A DNA stretch of 64,000 nt from Polyangiales bacterium (GCA_044229975.1 JBGARZ010000022.1:1-64000), one strand, 5' to 3'. Shown: positions 45,807-56,730, counted from the stretch's first letter. Made by a program: numbers and translations. Notes: generated from the letters alone by a model not told the origin.

Positions 45807-48362
45807 TCAGCGCGGCGTGAGGCGGTACGCCCGGCCCGTCACGACCGCGTCGGCCGTGTTGTACGAGACCTGCGTGCCGTACTCGCTCGTGAGGCTCTCG
45901 GCGCCGATGGTCGCGCTGTTGCCCGAGGCGCGTTCGTCGCCCGCGGTGATCGAGCAGTAGTGCAGCTCGATGACGTTGGTGCCCTCGAACAGCTTGGCCT
46001 GGAAGGTCAGCCGGATGAGGCCATCGCCGTCGGTGAAGTTCGTCCACTGCGTGACGAAGCGGCGCGCGGGCGCGGTGCCGAGGGTGATCGTTCGCGCGGT
46101 GGCGATCTGGTTGTCGTCGTCGTCGACGGTGCGGAGGTCGTCCCAGAAGGGAGCCACGAAGCCGTCGGGCTCCTCGTCGCTGTCGGGGATGGCGTAGTTG
46201 ACGTACTCCGTGCTCGTCGACCCCCCGGTGGCCGCGTAGAGCTGGAGGAAGCCGTTGGACGCCATCGACCAGCGCGTCGCCGCGTCGCCGAAGAACGTCA
46301 GCGTGAAGGGCAGCGCCGCAATGTCGCTGGAGTTGTCATCGCCCCAGTCGCCGCCCGCCGCGCGGGTCACGGCCGTGCCCGTCGTGACGTCGTCGCAGGC
46401 CGCCGTGATGGTCGTGACGGTGTAGCCGGGCAGGAGCACCGGCGCGCCGACCTCCAGGTCGAAGGTTCCGCTCGCGGCGGCGCTACCCGCGACGGACACG
46501 AGGTAGTCCTGCGCCATGGCGCCGCCGTTGGTGAGCGTCACCGTGGCGGCGCCGCCCGACGCGGCCGCCGTGTTGTTGGCGACGCAGCTCGTCGAGGTGC
46601 ACGAGGACAACACGCGCAGCGTCGGCGTCCACGCCATCATCGCGCCCGCGGGAACCGCGCGCACCGGCACCCGGCTCCCCGACGGAACGGTCACGCGATA
46701 GAAGAGCTGTCCTCCATTGGCGGCCGAGACGCACGGGGTGGTCGTGCGGAGACCGTTGCGGGCGTCCTGCGCGCTCAGGGTCATGCCAGCCGTCACCGCC
46801 ACGGGCGTCGCGCAGAACTGACCCGCGACGATGGGCGCGGTCGTCGCGGAGAGGTCCCACGATCCCTCCGTCGTCGCGGAGGTCGACGACAGGCTCACGA
46901 CCACCGTGATGGCCGCGGTGCCCGCGTTCGGGATGTCGAGGATGGCGGGGGCGGGCGTGCCGCTCGTGCCCCCGATGGTGCTGTCGATGCACGTGGTGGA
47001 TGAGCACTCGTCGCGCAGCCGCAGCACGGGCTGACGGGGCGTCGTTCCCACCGGGGTGGCGGTGACGCGCGCGCGCTGCCCGGCCGGAATCGTCAGGCTG
47101 TAGAAGCGCTGACCGCCCACGTCACCCGTGCGGCAGGGCGCGGCCGTGAAGGGAGCGCCCGCGTTGGACTGCCCGGTGAGGGGAGTGCCGGGGACGAGCG
47201 CGACGGCGTCTTCGCAGGCCTGACCGGCGGAGAGCGCGGCGGTGTTGACGACGAGGTCGAAGGAGGTCGAGGTGTCCGCGGAGGCCATCTGCGCCACGGA
47301 GACGATGAAGGTTCGCGGAGAGGTCGTGGCGTTGGCGAAGGGCTGCGAGAGCGTCGACGACGACGACGACGCGAACTGGACGCAGGACGTGGCGTCGCAG
47401 CCGGCGTAGACGCGCACGGCGTAGCCCCAGCTCCCGGATGCTCGCGTGACGAGCGCGGTGCCCACGGTGTTGGCCGGGAGCGTGACCGTGTAGAAGAGCT
47501 GGCCCCCCGGCTCGACGCCCGGCGTGCACAGGCCCGGACCGCCCGCGTTGGCGAAGGTCTGGCCCGTGAGCGCGGTGCCCACGGTGAGGGCGCGCGCCGT
47601 CGCGCAGGTGGCGTTGTCCGCGGGCGTGAAGGTGCTCGCGGTGAGGGCGTAGGTGCCGAACTGGCCGTTGTAGCCGTCGACGACGACGGAGTAGGTGCCG
47701 GGGTCGAGGACGGCGCGCATCACCGACGAGTTGGTGCGACCGGAGCCGGTGCCCGAGTCGTCGTCGCACGACAGCTCCGTCGTCGCGTCGTTGCAGACGC
47801 GGCGGATGGAGAGCTCGGTGTCGAAGCTCGTCCCGGCGTTGTCGAGGGAGAGGATCACCCCGGTGCGCGCGGTGACCACCAGGTTGTAGAAGGCCTCGCC
47901 GCCGCTGGTGTTGCTCTGGCAGCGCGTGCTCGGGACGATGCCGCCGGTCGCGATGGTCGTGCCCATGAGCGCGATGGGGGTCGCCGACGGGAGGGTGATG
48001 GTGTCGCGCGGCGCCGGGCACATCACGCCGCCATCCACCAGAACATCCACCGCCGGCACATCGGCGACATCCGTCGTGGGCACGTCAACCACGATCGCGT
48101 CGGCGAGGCCGCCGTCCTTGTCGGCCGCATCGATGGGCGTTCCCACGTCGAGCGCGGCGTCCATCGGGGTTCCGCCGTCGGCCGGGACGTCGGTGGGCGT
48201 CCCGACGTCGAAGCCGAGATCGGTCGGCGTGGCGTTGTCCGTCGGGAAGCCTGCGTCGGCGCTGCCGTCGTCGGGCGTCACGACGGGATCGTCCCCGCAG
48301 CCGACGGCCGCGACGGACAGGGCGCAGAGCGCCAGGGAGAGGCGCCATGGAGTCGAGTTCAT
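45807..48362 (-). CDS. Large secreted lipoprotein with PPC-like and repeated beta domains
   Basis: AAVGC lipobox; FDTEL...CDDDSG...LDPGTYSVVVDGY; C-terminal FVAPFWDDL. Confidence 0.75.
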   Translation of the reverse strand: MNSTPWRLSLALCALSVAAVGCGDDPVVTPDDGSADAGFPTDNATPTDLGFDVGTPTDVPADGGTPMDAALDVGTPIDAADKDGGLADAIVVDVPTTDVADVPAVDVLVDGGVMCPAPRDTITLPSATPIALMGTTIATGGIVPSTRCQSNTSGGEAFYNLVVTARTGVILSLDNAGTSFDTELSIRRVCNDATTELSCDDDSGTGSGRTNSSVMRAVLDPGTYSVVVDGYNGQFGTYALTASTFTPADNATCATARALTVGTALTGQTFANAGGPGLCTPGVEPGGQLFYTVTLPANTVGTALVTRASGSWGYAVRVYAGCDATSCVQFASSSSSTLSQPFANATTSPRTFIVSVAQMASADTSTSFDLVVNTAALSAGQACEDAVALVPGTPLTGQSNAGAPFTAAPCRTGDVGGQRFYSLTIPAGQRARVTATPVGTTPRQPVLRLRDECSSTTCIDSTIGGTSGTPAPAILDIPNAGTAAITVVVSLSSTSATTEGSWDLSATTAPIVAGQFCATPVAVTAGMTLSAQDARNGLRTTTPCVSAANGGQLFYRVTVPSGSRVPVRAVPAGAMMAWTPTLRVLSSCTSTSCVANNTAAASGGAATVTLTNGGAMAQDYLVSVAGSAAASGTFDLEVGAPVLLPGYTVTTITAACDDVTTGTAVTRAAGGDWGDDNSSDIAALPFTLTFFGDAATRWSMASNGFLQLYAATGGSTSTEYVNYAIPDSDEEPDGFVAPFWDDLRTVDDDDNQIATARTITLGTAPARRFVTQWTNFTDGDGLIRLTFQAKLFEGTNVIELHYCSITAGDERASGNSATIGAESLTSEYGTQVSYNTADAVVTGRAYRLTPR

Positions 48363-48615
48363 CGGTGGGTGCTCCTGCAAACAGTTTTTGTGACGAGAGG
48401 TGCGCCGCCCTCCCACTGAGCTCCCCGGCAGCATCGTGGCCGGTCTCGTGGGCGTCGCAGAAGCGCGGCCCGGGCGCTGTTGTGCCCTCGGTGGCCGAGC
48501 GCAACCCGCGAGGCGTCGAGCCCGCGCGTGGCGCGATTCGTCACGAGCCCGCGAAGGTGCGGCGCCAGACGGCAGGGGGTGACCTCCGAGCCGCGACGGC
48601 GTTAGCGTGCGCCCC

Positions 48616-49512
48616 ATGCACATCGCAATGATCGGCCTCGGGAAGATGGGCCTCAACATGGTGGTGCGGCTGCTCAAGGGCGGCCACACGGTGGTGGCGA
48701 TGGATCGTGACCCCGCGCAGGTCGCGAAGGCGAAGGAGGCGGGTGCCATCGCGGCCGCCGACGTCGACGCCGTCATCGCCGCTCTGCCGACTCCGCGCGT
48801 CGTCTGGGTGATGGTTCCGTCGGGGGCGATCACGCAGACGGTCATCGACTCGGTCGCGGCGAAGCTCTCGCCCGGCGACGTCATCGTCGATGGCGGCAAC
48901 TCCAACTGGCACGACTCGCAGGCCCGCGGCGCCGCGCTCGCCGCGAAGGGCATCCGCTTCGCCGACGCGGGCACGTCGGGTGGCGTGTGGGGCCTCGCCA
49001 ACGGCTACTGCCTGATGGTGGGCGCCGAGCCCGAGACCTTCGCCGTCATCGAGCCCGCCATCGCGACGCTGGCGCCCGTCGACGGGTACCGCCGCGTCGG
49101 CCCGGTGGGCGCCGGGCACTACGTGAAGATGATCCACAACGGCATCGAGTACGGGCTGATGCAGGCGTACGCGGAGGGCTTCGAGATCCTCCAGACGTCG
49201 CCCTTCAAGCTCGACCTCGGGTCCATCGCGGAGCTGTGGGGCAAGGGGTCCGTCGTGCGGAGCTGGCTGCTCGACCTCATGGCCGACGGGCTCAAGAAGG
49301 CGCCCGGCCTGCCCGACATCAAGGGCTTCGTCCCCGACTCGGGTGAGGGTCGCTGGACGGTGCAGGCCGCCATCGATCAGGACGTGCCCGCGCCGGTCAT
49401 CACGCTGTCACTCCAGATGCGCTTCCGGTCGCGGCAGGCCGACAGCTTCGGCGCGAAGCTGCTCGCGATGATGCGCAACCAGTTCGGCGGTCACGCGGTG
49501 ACGAAGTCATGA
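48616..49512 (+). CDS. gnd: 6-phosphogluconate dehydrogenase, decarboxylating (short YqeC type)
   Basis: IGLGKMG, VDGGNS, DAGTSGGVWG, GHYVKMIHNGIEYG, MRNQFGGH. Confidence 0.95.
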   Translation: MHIAMIGLGKMGLNMVVRLLKGGHTVVAMDRDPAQVAKAKEAGAIAAADVDAVIAALPTPRVVWVMVPSGAITQTVIDSVAAKLSPGDVIVDGGNSNWHDSQARGAALAAKGIRFADAGTSGGVWGLANGYCLMVGAEPETFAVIEPAIATLAPVDGYRRVGPVGAGHYVKMIHNGIEYGLMQAYAEGFEILQTSPFKLDLGSIAELWGKGSVVRSWLLDLMADGLKKAPGLPDIKGFVPDSGEGRWTVQAAIDQDVPAPVITLSLQMRFRSRQADSFGAKLLAMMRNQFGGHAVTKS

Positions 49513-51032
49513 CCAACCCCTTTCGCCAGGGGCTCCATGGCGACCGGCTGCCCGCGCCGACGGCGGTGGTGATCTTCGGCGCGTCGGGTGACCTCACGCG
49601 GCGCAAGCTGATGCCGGCGCTCTACAACCTCGCCCTCGCACGCTTGCTCCCGCCGGGATTCTCGGTGCTGGGTGTCGCGCGCCGCCCGTGGACGGAGGAC
49701 TTCTTCCGCGACGAGCAGCACAAGGCCGTCGCGGAGTTCTCCCGCAAGAAGCCCCTGGACGAGACCGTCTGGAACGACTTCGCCCAGGGCATCGGCTACG
49801 TCGAGGGCGACCACACGAAGCCCGAGACCTACGCGTCGCTGAAGCAGAAGCTGGAGGAGCTCGATCGTACCCGCGGCACCTGTGGCAACCGGGTCTTCTA
49901 CCTCTCGGTGTCCCCGTCGGAGGTGGGCACCATCGTCAAGCATCTCGCCGACGCGGGGCTCCTCGCCGACCCGCGGGACACGACGTGCGCGACGCGTGTC
50001 GTGTGCGAGAAGCCCCACGGCACCGACCTCGAAAGCTCGCGCAAGCTCGACGAGACCCTGCACGCCTCGCTCGACGAGTCGCAGATCTTCCGCATCGACC
50101 ACTACCTCGGCAAGGAGGCAGTGCCGAACCTCCTCGCGTTCCGCTTTGCCAACGCCATCTTCGAGCCGCTCTGGAGCCGCCAGCACATCGACCACGTGCA
50201 GATCACCGTGGCCGAGGACATCGGCATCGAAGGCCGCGGGAAGTTCTACGAGTCGGCCGGTGCGATGCGCGACATCGTGCAGAACCACCTCGTGCAGCTC
50301 GTCACCCTCTGCGCGATGGAACCCCTCGCGTCGCTCGATGCCACCTCGGTGCGCGACGAGAAGGTGAAGGTGCTGCGCGCCCTGAGACCGCTCTCGCCCG
50401 ACGACCTCCATCGCAATGTGGTGCGCGGTCAGTACGGTCCTGGCGGAGTCGGGGGCGCGCTCGTCCCGGGCTACCGCGAGGAGAAGGACGTCGCGCCCGA
50501 CAGCACCACCGAGACCTTCGTCGCGATGAAGCTCGCGATCGACAACTGGCGCTGGCAGGGCGTTCCCTTCTACATCCGCGCGGGCAAGCGGTTGACCCGT
50601 CGCGTGACGGAGATCTCGGTGCACTTCCGGGGCGTCCCCTTGCCCCTCTTCGGCGCGGCGGCCTCGGAGCCCAACGTGCTCGCGCTGCGCATCCAGCCCG
50701 ACGAGGGCATCACGCTGCGCTTCGTCTCCAAGGTGCCGGGTCCCACCACGGTGCTGCGCCCCGTGAGCATGGACTTCCGCTACGGAACCACCTTCGGCAA
50801 CACGGGCCCCGAGGCGTACGAGCGGCTGCTGCTCGACGTGATGCTGGGCGAGGCGACGCTCTTCACCCGCGCCGACGAGGTCGACTGGAGCTGGCGCTAC
50901 TTCGACCCGGTGCTCGCGCACTGGAAGTCCGAGGGCGCGAAGCAGCTCCCGACGTACCACGCGGGCACCTGGGGACCCGCGGCGGCCGAGGAGCTCATCG
51001 CGCGGGACGGCCGACGGTGGAGGTCACCTTGA
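49509..51032 (+). CDS. zwf: Glucose-6-phosphate 1-dehydrogenase
   Basis: IFGASGDLTRRKL, RIDHYLGKE, RWQGVPFYIRAGKRL. Confidence 0.97.
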   Translation: MTNPFRQGLHGDRLPAPTAVVIFGASGDLTRRKLMPALYNLALARLLPPGFSVLGVARRPWTEDFFRDEQHKAVAEFSRKKPLDETVWNDFAQGIGYVEGDHTKPETYASLKQKLEELDRTRGTCGNRVFYLSVSPSEVGTIVKHLADAGLLADPRDTTCATRVVCEKPHGTDLESSRKLDETLHASLDESQIFRIDHYLGKEAVPNLLAFRFANAIFEPLWSRQHIDHVQITVAEDIGIEGRGKFYESAGAMRDIVQNHLVQLVTLCAMEPLASLDATSVRDEKVKVLRALRPLSPDDLHRNVVRGQYGPGGVGGALVPGYREEKDVAPDSTTETFVAMKLAIDNWRWQGVPFYIRAGKRLTRRVTEISVHFRGVPLPLFGAAASEPNVLALRIQPDEGITLRFVSKVPGPTTVLRPVSMDFRYGTTFGNTGPEAYERLLLDVMLGEATLFTRADEVDWSWRYFDPVLAHWKSEGAKQLPTYHAGTWGPAAAEELIARDGRRWRSP

Positions 51033-52135
51033 GCGTTCCGCTGCACAAGGTCGAGGCCGAGCTGACGAAGCTGTGGGCGGAGAAGTCTCAGCAGGACTCG
51101 CACCCGCGGGTGCTCGACCTGGTGGCGTTCTGCGCGACGCCCGACGAGCTGCCGCGGGTGTGCGCCGCCCTCGCGCCGCTCGCGCTCAAGCACCCGTGCC
51201 GAACGCTGACCGTCGTGTGCTACCCGGGCGACGAGCCGTCCATCACGGCGCGGGTGGCGCTGCACGTCGACCCGTCGCGCGGCGGAGAGCCCGTCGGCGA
51301 CGACGTGGTGCTGGAGGTGCGCGGCGCGGCGCGATCGTGGGTGCCGTCGGCCCTCCAGCAGCTCCGCCGGGGCGACCTGCCGATGCACCTCTGGTGGTCG
51401 GGTGACCTGCCCGACGACGACCGGCTCTTCGACCACCTCACCGACGACGCCGACGTCACCATCGTCCACAGCGCCGACATGGACCTGCGCGACCTCGAAC
51501 AGCTCCGCCGCGTGCTGGCGTGGCGCGTCGAGCGCGCGGTGTTCCTCGACCTCAACTGGGTGCGGCTGGCGCTGTGGCAGGAGCTCACGGCGCGCTTCTT
51601 CGATGGTGCGGGGGTGGCCGCGCTCATCCCGGCTCTCGACGCCCTGTCGCTCGGCTTTGCACCGCGCCCGGGCTCCGACGACGCCTCGCCGACGCAGGCC
51701 GCGCTCCTCGCCGGGTGGATCTCCGTCTGCACCGGTTGGGTCGTCGATGGCGCGACGTGGACCACGGAGTCCGATGGCTCGCGCGTCGCGACGGTGAAGC
51801 GCGCCGACGGATCACCCGCGCGGGTTCGCTTCGCGGAGGACGATCGGCCCGGCGTGTACGCGGGCGCGCTGCACACGGTCACCTTGAGCGGCCCCGGGCT
51901 GAAGCTGGAGGTCGGGCGCGCGCTCGAAGACCCGCTGGTGCTCTGCTGGTCGGGCGAGGTGCCGGGGCAGCTCCTGCCGTCGCAGTGCGTTCGCATGGGC
52001 GTGCCCGACGAGCCGAAGATGCTGGCGCGCGCGCTCGATCGACCGGAGCGCGATCCCTTGTTCGAGCGCAGCCTCGCGGCGGCGGCGGCGCTCACGCGGG
52101 CGGTGGCGCCCTTGAAGGGCGAAGAGACAACGTGA
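51029..52135 (+). CDS. opcA: G6PD assembly protein OpcA
   Basis: Between zwf and pgl, TTGA overlap; HPCR, DLPMHLWW, DLNWVRLALWQELTARFFD. Confidence 0.88.
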   Translation: MSVPLHKVEAELTKLWAEKSQQDSHPRVLDLVAFCATPDELPRVCAALAPLALKHPCRTLTVVCYPGDEPSITARVALHVDPSRGGEPVGDDVVLEVRGAARSWVPSALQQLRRGDLPMHLWWSGDLPDDDRLFDHLTDDADVTIVHSADMDLRDLEQLRRVLAWRVERAVFLDLNWVRLALWQELTARFFDGAGVAALIPALDALSLGFAPRPGSDDASPTQAALLAGWISVCTGWVVDGATWTTESDGSRVATVKRADGSPARVRFAEDDRPGVYAGALHTVTLSGPGLKLEVGRALEDPLVLCWSGEVPGQLLPSQCVRMGVPDEPKMLARALDRPERDPLFERSLAAAAALTRAVAPLKGEETT

Positions 52136-52154
52136 CGGAGGCATCGAAGAGCGA

Positions 52155-52880
52155 ATGAAGTTCATCGAGGGAGGTCTGCCTGCGAAGACGGCGATCGAGG
52201 GCGCGGCGCTCATCGCCGAGTGGAGCCGCGAGGCCATCGCCGAGCGCGGGCGCTTCGACGTGGCCCTCGCCGGGGGCGAGAGCCCGAAGCCCATCTACGA
52301 GGCGCTGCGCGCTCGGCGCGACGTCGATTGGAAGCGCTGGGAGGTGTTCTTCGGTGACGAGCGCGCGGTGTCGTCGCACGACCCGCTGAGCAACCAGCTC
52401 GGGGCGGAGGAGGCGCTGCTCAACCGCGTGCCCCTCCGGCCCGAGCACGTCCACCCGATGTACACGCTGGGCCTCGACATCGAGCAGGCGGCGCTGGACT
52501 ACGAGCAGGAGCTGGTGAAGGTGCTCGGTTCGCCGCCGGTGTTCGACCTGGTGATCCTCGGGGTCGGCCGCGACGGGCACACGCTCTCGCTGCCTCCGTA
52601 CTGCGGCGCGATCTTCGAGAAGGAGCGCTTCGTGATGGCGCTCGTCGACCCGGAGATGAACCCGGCCGTCGACCGCATCACGCTCACGCCGCCCGTGGTC
52701 GTCGCCGCGCGGCGGGTGCTGGTGATCGCCAGCGGTCGCGCCAAGGCGAACGCCATGATGGCCGTCCTCGACGACCCCGACGACCGGGCGAAGGTGCCCG
52801 CACAGATCATCCGCGACGCGAAGGGCGAGGTGACGGTGCTGGTCGACTACGAGCTCGCCCGGGCCATCGGGAGGGCATAG
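52155..52880 (+). CDS. pgl: 6-phosphogluconolactonase
   Basis: ALAGGESP, FFGDERAV, LGVGRDGHTLSL, RITLT. Confidence 0.93.
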   Translation: MKFIEGGLPAKTAIEGAALIAEWSREAIAERGRFDVALAGGESPKPIYEALRARRDVDWKRWEVFFGDERAVSSHDPLSNQLGAEEALLNRVPLRPEHVHPMYTLGLDIEQAALDYEQELVKVLGSPPVFDLVILGVGRDGHTLSLPPYCGAIFEKERFVMALVDPEMNPAVDRITLTPPVVVAARRVLVIASGRAKANAMMAVLDDPDDRAKVPAQIIRDAKGEVTVLVDYELARAIGRA

Positions 52881-52882
52881 AG

Positions 52883-53710
52883 ATGGCGCGGGCTCGATGG
52901 GTGTGGTCGGCGGCGCTCGCCGTGGCGTGTCAGGGCGCTCCGACGCGTCGCCCGCCCGCACCGCGGGTGGACGCCGCCCGACCCATCGACGCGGGCGCTG
53001 CACGCGATGCGGCAGTCGTCGACGTCGCAGCCGACGCCGTGGCCGATGCGGGCGCTGACGCGGGTCCACCGTCCACGATCTATCTCAACACCCTCGGGGT
53101 CGACCGCCTGCGCGTGGGCACCACCATCCCCTTGCGGGTGTGGCGGCGCGGGGCCGTGGACGTCGACGTCACGGCGCAGTCCACCATCACCGTCGAGGAC
53201 CCCAACCTCGGGCAGATCCTGCCGGGGCATCGGTTTCACGCCGCCAACCTCGGACGGGTGATGCTCATCGCTCACGTGGGCGACGAGGAGGCGCGCGGCG
53301 TGGTCGAGGTGAGCGCCCGGATGCCTCCGGGCATGGGCTACGTCCCAATGGTGCGCGGCGGTCCCGGTCGGCCGCTCATCTACGCGCGCTTCTCGTCGCC
53401 GCGCACCGCCGTGCAGCGCTTCGAGTTCGCCTGGGTCGACGGAACACTCTCCTTCGAGTCACGCGGCCGCGCGGTGGACTTTCCCGTCACGGTCCGCGTC
53501 GCGAGCGGAACCTTCGACCCGCACCGCGGCCCCGAGGAGCTCGCTGCCGTGACCGGGCAGGTGGTGTTCGATCGGTGGGTGCAGGAGCGCCTCGACGGCC
53601 ACGCCGAGCTCATGGCGGGCGGTCGACCGCTGCGGTTCACGTTCTCGTTTCACGACACCGACCCGTGGACGCTGCGCATTCCGCCGACAGAGCTGCGACC
53701 AGTGCAGTGA
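52883..53710 (+). CDS. Lipoprotein, hypothetical (possible Ig-like domain)
   Basis: LAVAC lipobox, DAG linker. Confidence 0.6.
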   Translation: MARARWVWSAALAVACQGAPTRRPPAPRVDAARPIDAGAARDAAVVDVAADAVADAGADAGPPSTIYLNTLGVDRLRVGTTIPLRVWRRGAVDVDVTAQSTITVEDPNLGQILPGHRFHAANLGRVMLIAHVGDEEARGVVEVSARMPPGMGYVPMVRGGPGRPLIYARFSSPRTAVQRFEFAWVDGTLSFESRGRAVDFPVTVRVASGTFDPHRGPEELAAVTGQVVFDRWVQERLDGHAELMAGGRPLRFTFSFHDTDPWTLRIPPTELRPVQ

Positions 53711-55232
53711 GGTACGGCAGCGGCAGCAGGTTGCGCGGCCGCAGCCCCAACCGCATCCCGAGACCCCAGGCGACGACGTAGACGGCCGCGAGCGCGAGCG
53801 CATCGAAGCGTCGGCCGCCGCGCCACGCGAGCACGAGCACGGCGACCAGGAGCGATGCGGCGAGGACGGCCATCGGGGCGGTGACGTCCTCCGCGCGACC
53901 GAGCGTCCCGTACGAAGCGAGCGAGCGGGCGAGGGGGAGCCCGCCGTGCTGGCCGAGGCCGTTGCCTGCGCGCAGATCGGGCGCATCGCCGGTCACCGAC
54001 GTCGGGTGCACCTGCGCGCGTGATGCGAGCAGGGCGCCTGGGACGAGGGCGACGCACCACGCGGCGACGGCGATGGCGATGAGCACGCGAGCGCGGGCGG
54101 GGGATGGTGGGAGGGTGCGCGGGTCGATCCACGCGGCAGCGACGAAGGTGAGCGCGAAGAGCCCGGCGACGAGGTCGGTCCAGGCGGCGAGGCCGGCCGC
54201 GGTGAGCAGGACGAACCAGCGGGCAGCGCGGTCGCGGTCGTCATCGCGGAGCGCAGACGAGGCGACGGCGGCGAGGACGACGAAGAGCGTCGCGAGCGCG
54301 TAGGGGCGGGCGAGCACCGCCTCCGAGGTCACGCGCGGCGCGAGGAGTGGCAGCGCGACGAGCAGCATCGACCACGGTCGACGAGCGCGCACGGCGTGGG
54401 CGAAGGCGAGCGCGCACGCCGCGAGGATGGCGCACACCACGGAGAGCCTGCGCAACACCGCGTCACCGCGGGCGGGCGTCCAGCGCAGCGCGTGCCCGTA
54501 GCCCTGTTGCAACGCGCGAAACACCGGCGGATGAACCCACGCGTCGTGGTCGTCATCGAGGACGAGGGTCGTCGCGGGCCGCGCCCAGTTCTCGTCGCCG
54601 TCGTGCGCGCGTTGCCGCCCGGCGCGGGCCGTCATCACACCCGCGATGACGACCAGCGCGAGCGCGATGGCGAGGGCGCGACGGTCGGCGCGACCCGATG
54701 GCGTGGTCGGTGTGCGAGCGAGCAGGGAGGCCGCGAGCGTGGCGAGGAGCGCGAGCGCGAAGCACACCGCGACGACGCGGTCGGGCGCGAGTCCGGTGCG
54801 GGCCATGAAGGGCGTGAGCAGCCCGTGCGAGGCAGCAGCGCGTGGCGGGGCGACGGTCCAGATGTCGCCGTGCTCACGGGCGCAGAGGGCGTCGCGCACG
54901 CGGCGGACGTCGGTGGCGCCCCCACAGGTTCGTGCGGACACGTCGAGCGCGCAGCCCCACCCTCCGCGGTGGGCGACGACCAGCGCGCACCGGCCGTCGC
55001 CTGGCGCGAACTGCACCCGCACCTCGTCGTCGGCGAGCCGCACGCCCGCCACCCGCATCCCGTGAAACGCACCGTCGAGCACCGGCGCGAGAAAGCGCAT
55101 CACCGCCTGTTCGCGTCCGGGGTAGATGTGCGCCGCGGCCCCCGGCGGGCGCGCCACGATGAGCGCAACGAGGGCGCAGACCAGCGACAGCGCGAGGCCG
55201 ATGAGGCGGTACGCGGTCGGGGCGGCGCTCAG
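53637..55232 (-). CDS. Polytopic membrane protein, GT-C/mannosyltransferase-like
   Basis: DE...HPP, LRRLSV, ARPYAL motifs and many TM segments. Start uncertain. Confidence 0.55.
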   Translation of the reverse strand: MSAAPTAYRLIGLALSLVCALVALIVARPPGAAAHIYPGREQAVMRFLAPVLDGAFHGMRVAGVRLADDEVRVQFAPGDGRCALVVAHRGGWGCALDVSARTCGGATDVRRVRDALCAREHGDIWTVAPPRAAASHGLLTPFMARTGLAPDRVVAVCFALALLATLAASLLARTPTTPSGRADRRALAIALALVVIAGVMTARAGRQRAHDGDENWARPATTLVLDDDHDAWVHPPVFRALQQGYGHALRWTPARGDAVLRRLSVVCAILAACALAFAHAVRARRPWSMLLVALPLLAPRVTSEAVLARPYALATLFVVLAAVASSALRDDDRDRAARWFVLLTAAGLAAWTDLVAGLFALTFVAAAWIDPRTLPPSPARARVLIAIAVAAWCVALVPGALLASRAQVHPTSVTGDAPDLRAGNGLGQHGGLPLARSLASYGTLGRAEDVTAPMAVLAASLLVAVLVLAWRGGRRFDALALAAVYVVAWGLGMRLGLRPRNLLPLPYLTALVAALSAECAASTGRCRETRT

Positions 55233-55972
55233 AGGTCCACCAGGTCGAAGATCTCCACCTGCACCCCTTCGGCGAAGTGCGCGAGCGGCTCTTCGTCGGG
55301 TCGCGCGATGCCGCACGCCGCGCAGATGGACTCCTCCCACGAGAACACCGTCGCGCGCTGCAACGGGTACGGCGTGTGGTGGACCTGGCCGCGCTGGATG
55401 CGCCCGCCGCCCGTGTCGGCGAAGAGGTAGTACCGCTCGGCGAGGAAGTGCTCCAACGTGCCCGGAACCGCCGCCGACGGTTCCCCTTCGGGGCGATAGC
55501 GGCCCTTGAAGTGCGCGGGGAGGGGAGGCGGCGAGAGGCGCTCGGTGGCGTAGTCGATGACGCCGTCGTCGCCGCGCGTGAGCGACATGCGCGCGTAGTG
55601 GTAGGGCAGGTGCCAGCCCGCGCGGGCGACCTGCACCGGCAGCCACGCCGCGGCCTCCAGCGTGAAGAACCACACCCCAGGGTCCTTGCCCTTGTGATGG
55701 ACGTAGGTGCGGAGGTTGGTCTCGTGGAAGTCGGAGGTCCCGGGCACCGCGGGGAGCCACGCGAGGCGCACGCCCTTCATGGTGAAGGGGACGAGACCCA
55801 CCCACGCGCTGCCGTCGAAGGTGTCGATCTCCAGCTCCGCGGGGATGAGCGGGCGCAGCACCTCCACCGGCACGCGCCAGTGGAGGAAGAGCAGGGTCTC
55901 CCAGGTCTGGTGTTGCGCGGGGCTCACTCCCTCGGGTCGTCGCGTCGGGGCGATGCGGTCGATGGTGTCCAT
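55229..55972 (-). CDS. DUF2071 (YqjF) family protein
   Basis: QTWETLLFLHW, DTFDGSAWVGLVPF, ETNLRTYV, FLAERY. Confidence 0.9.
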   Translation of the reverse strand: MDTIDRIAPTRRPEGVSPAQHQTWETLLFLHWRVPVEVLRPLIPAELEIDTFDGSAWVGLVPFTMKGVRLAWLPAVPGTSDFHETNLRTYVHHKGKDPGVWFFTLEAAAWLPVQVARAGWHLPYHYARMSLTRGDDGVIDYATERLSPPPLPAHFKGRYRPEGEPSAAVPGTLEHFLAERYYLFADTGGGRIQRGQVHHTPYPLQRATVFSWEESICAACGIARPDEEPLAHFAEGVQVEIFDLVDL

Positions 55973-55995
55973 GGAGGACCGCGACGATAGCGGAC

Positions 55996-56700
55996 CTACC
56001 GCTGCGTCGCGAAGCGCGTCCAGAGGCGCTCGAACTCCGCACCGAACGCGTCGACCAGGGCGCGGTCGCCCGTGACCACGACGTTCTCCTGGTTGTAGTT
56101 GGCGGCGCTGCGGGTCCAGTTGTAGCTGCCGTTGAGCAGCCGGGCGCCGTCGAAGATCGCGAACTTGTGGTGCATGTGCGCCTCGGTCTGGTCGACCCTG
56201 ACCTCCACGCCCGCCCGCCGCAGCGGCTCGATGTCCGAGCCCTCGTCCATGGACTTGTCGTTGTCGCTGATGACCCGGATCACCACGCCGCGGCGCCGCG
56301 CGTCGAGCATCGCGTTGCGGATGCGGTCGTCCGTGATGGTGAACACGCAGACGTCCACCTTGCGCTTCGCCCGCCCGAACTCCTCACGGATGGCGTCGAG
56401 GCACTGGTCCCCCGGACTGAACGTCGCCCGCCCGCCCGTCTCCGCCGACGGCGCCGCGGGCTTCGCGCCGTCCTGCGTGAGCTCGGCGAGCGAGAGCACC
56501 CAGCGGAAGGTGTCGCGCATGCGGTCGTCGCTCATCGACGCGCGCGCCAGCACGATGGCCTGCGCGCAGAAGAGCGTGACGGTCTCGCGGTCCATCGCCC
56601 GCTGACCAAACACGCGCTCGACGGAGGCGCGGGTGGCGTGCGTGATGCTCGGATCGGCGAGGGACTGCTGGATGAGTGCTTCGAGCTCGCGTGCGCCCAT
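55996..56700 (-). CDS. Phospholipase D-like domain protein (single HKD, Nuc/Zucchini-like)
   Basis: FSPG, DVCVFTITDD, HMHHKFAIFD, GSYNWTRSA...NQEN. Confidence 0.88.
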   Translation of the reverse strand: MGARELEALIQQSLADPSITHATRASVERVFGQRAMDRETVTLFCAQAIVLARASMSDDRMRDTFRWVLSLAELTQDGAKPAAPSAETGGRATFSPGDQCLDAIREEFGRAKRKVDVCVFTITDDRIRNAMLDARRRGVVIRVISDNDKSMDEGSDIEPLRRAGVEVRVDQTEAHMHHKFAIFDGARLLNGSYNWTRSAANYNQENVVVTGDRALVDAFGAEFERLWTRFATQR

Positions 56701-56730
56701 GAAATGTTCCGGTGCCTCCGGGCGCGGACG

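Noticed and set aside
55996..56700. PLD protein as a defence system
   Set aside because: Stand-alone, with host-like GC and no helicase or other defence partners.
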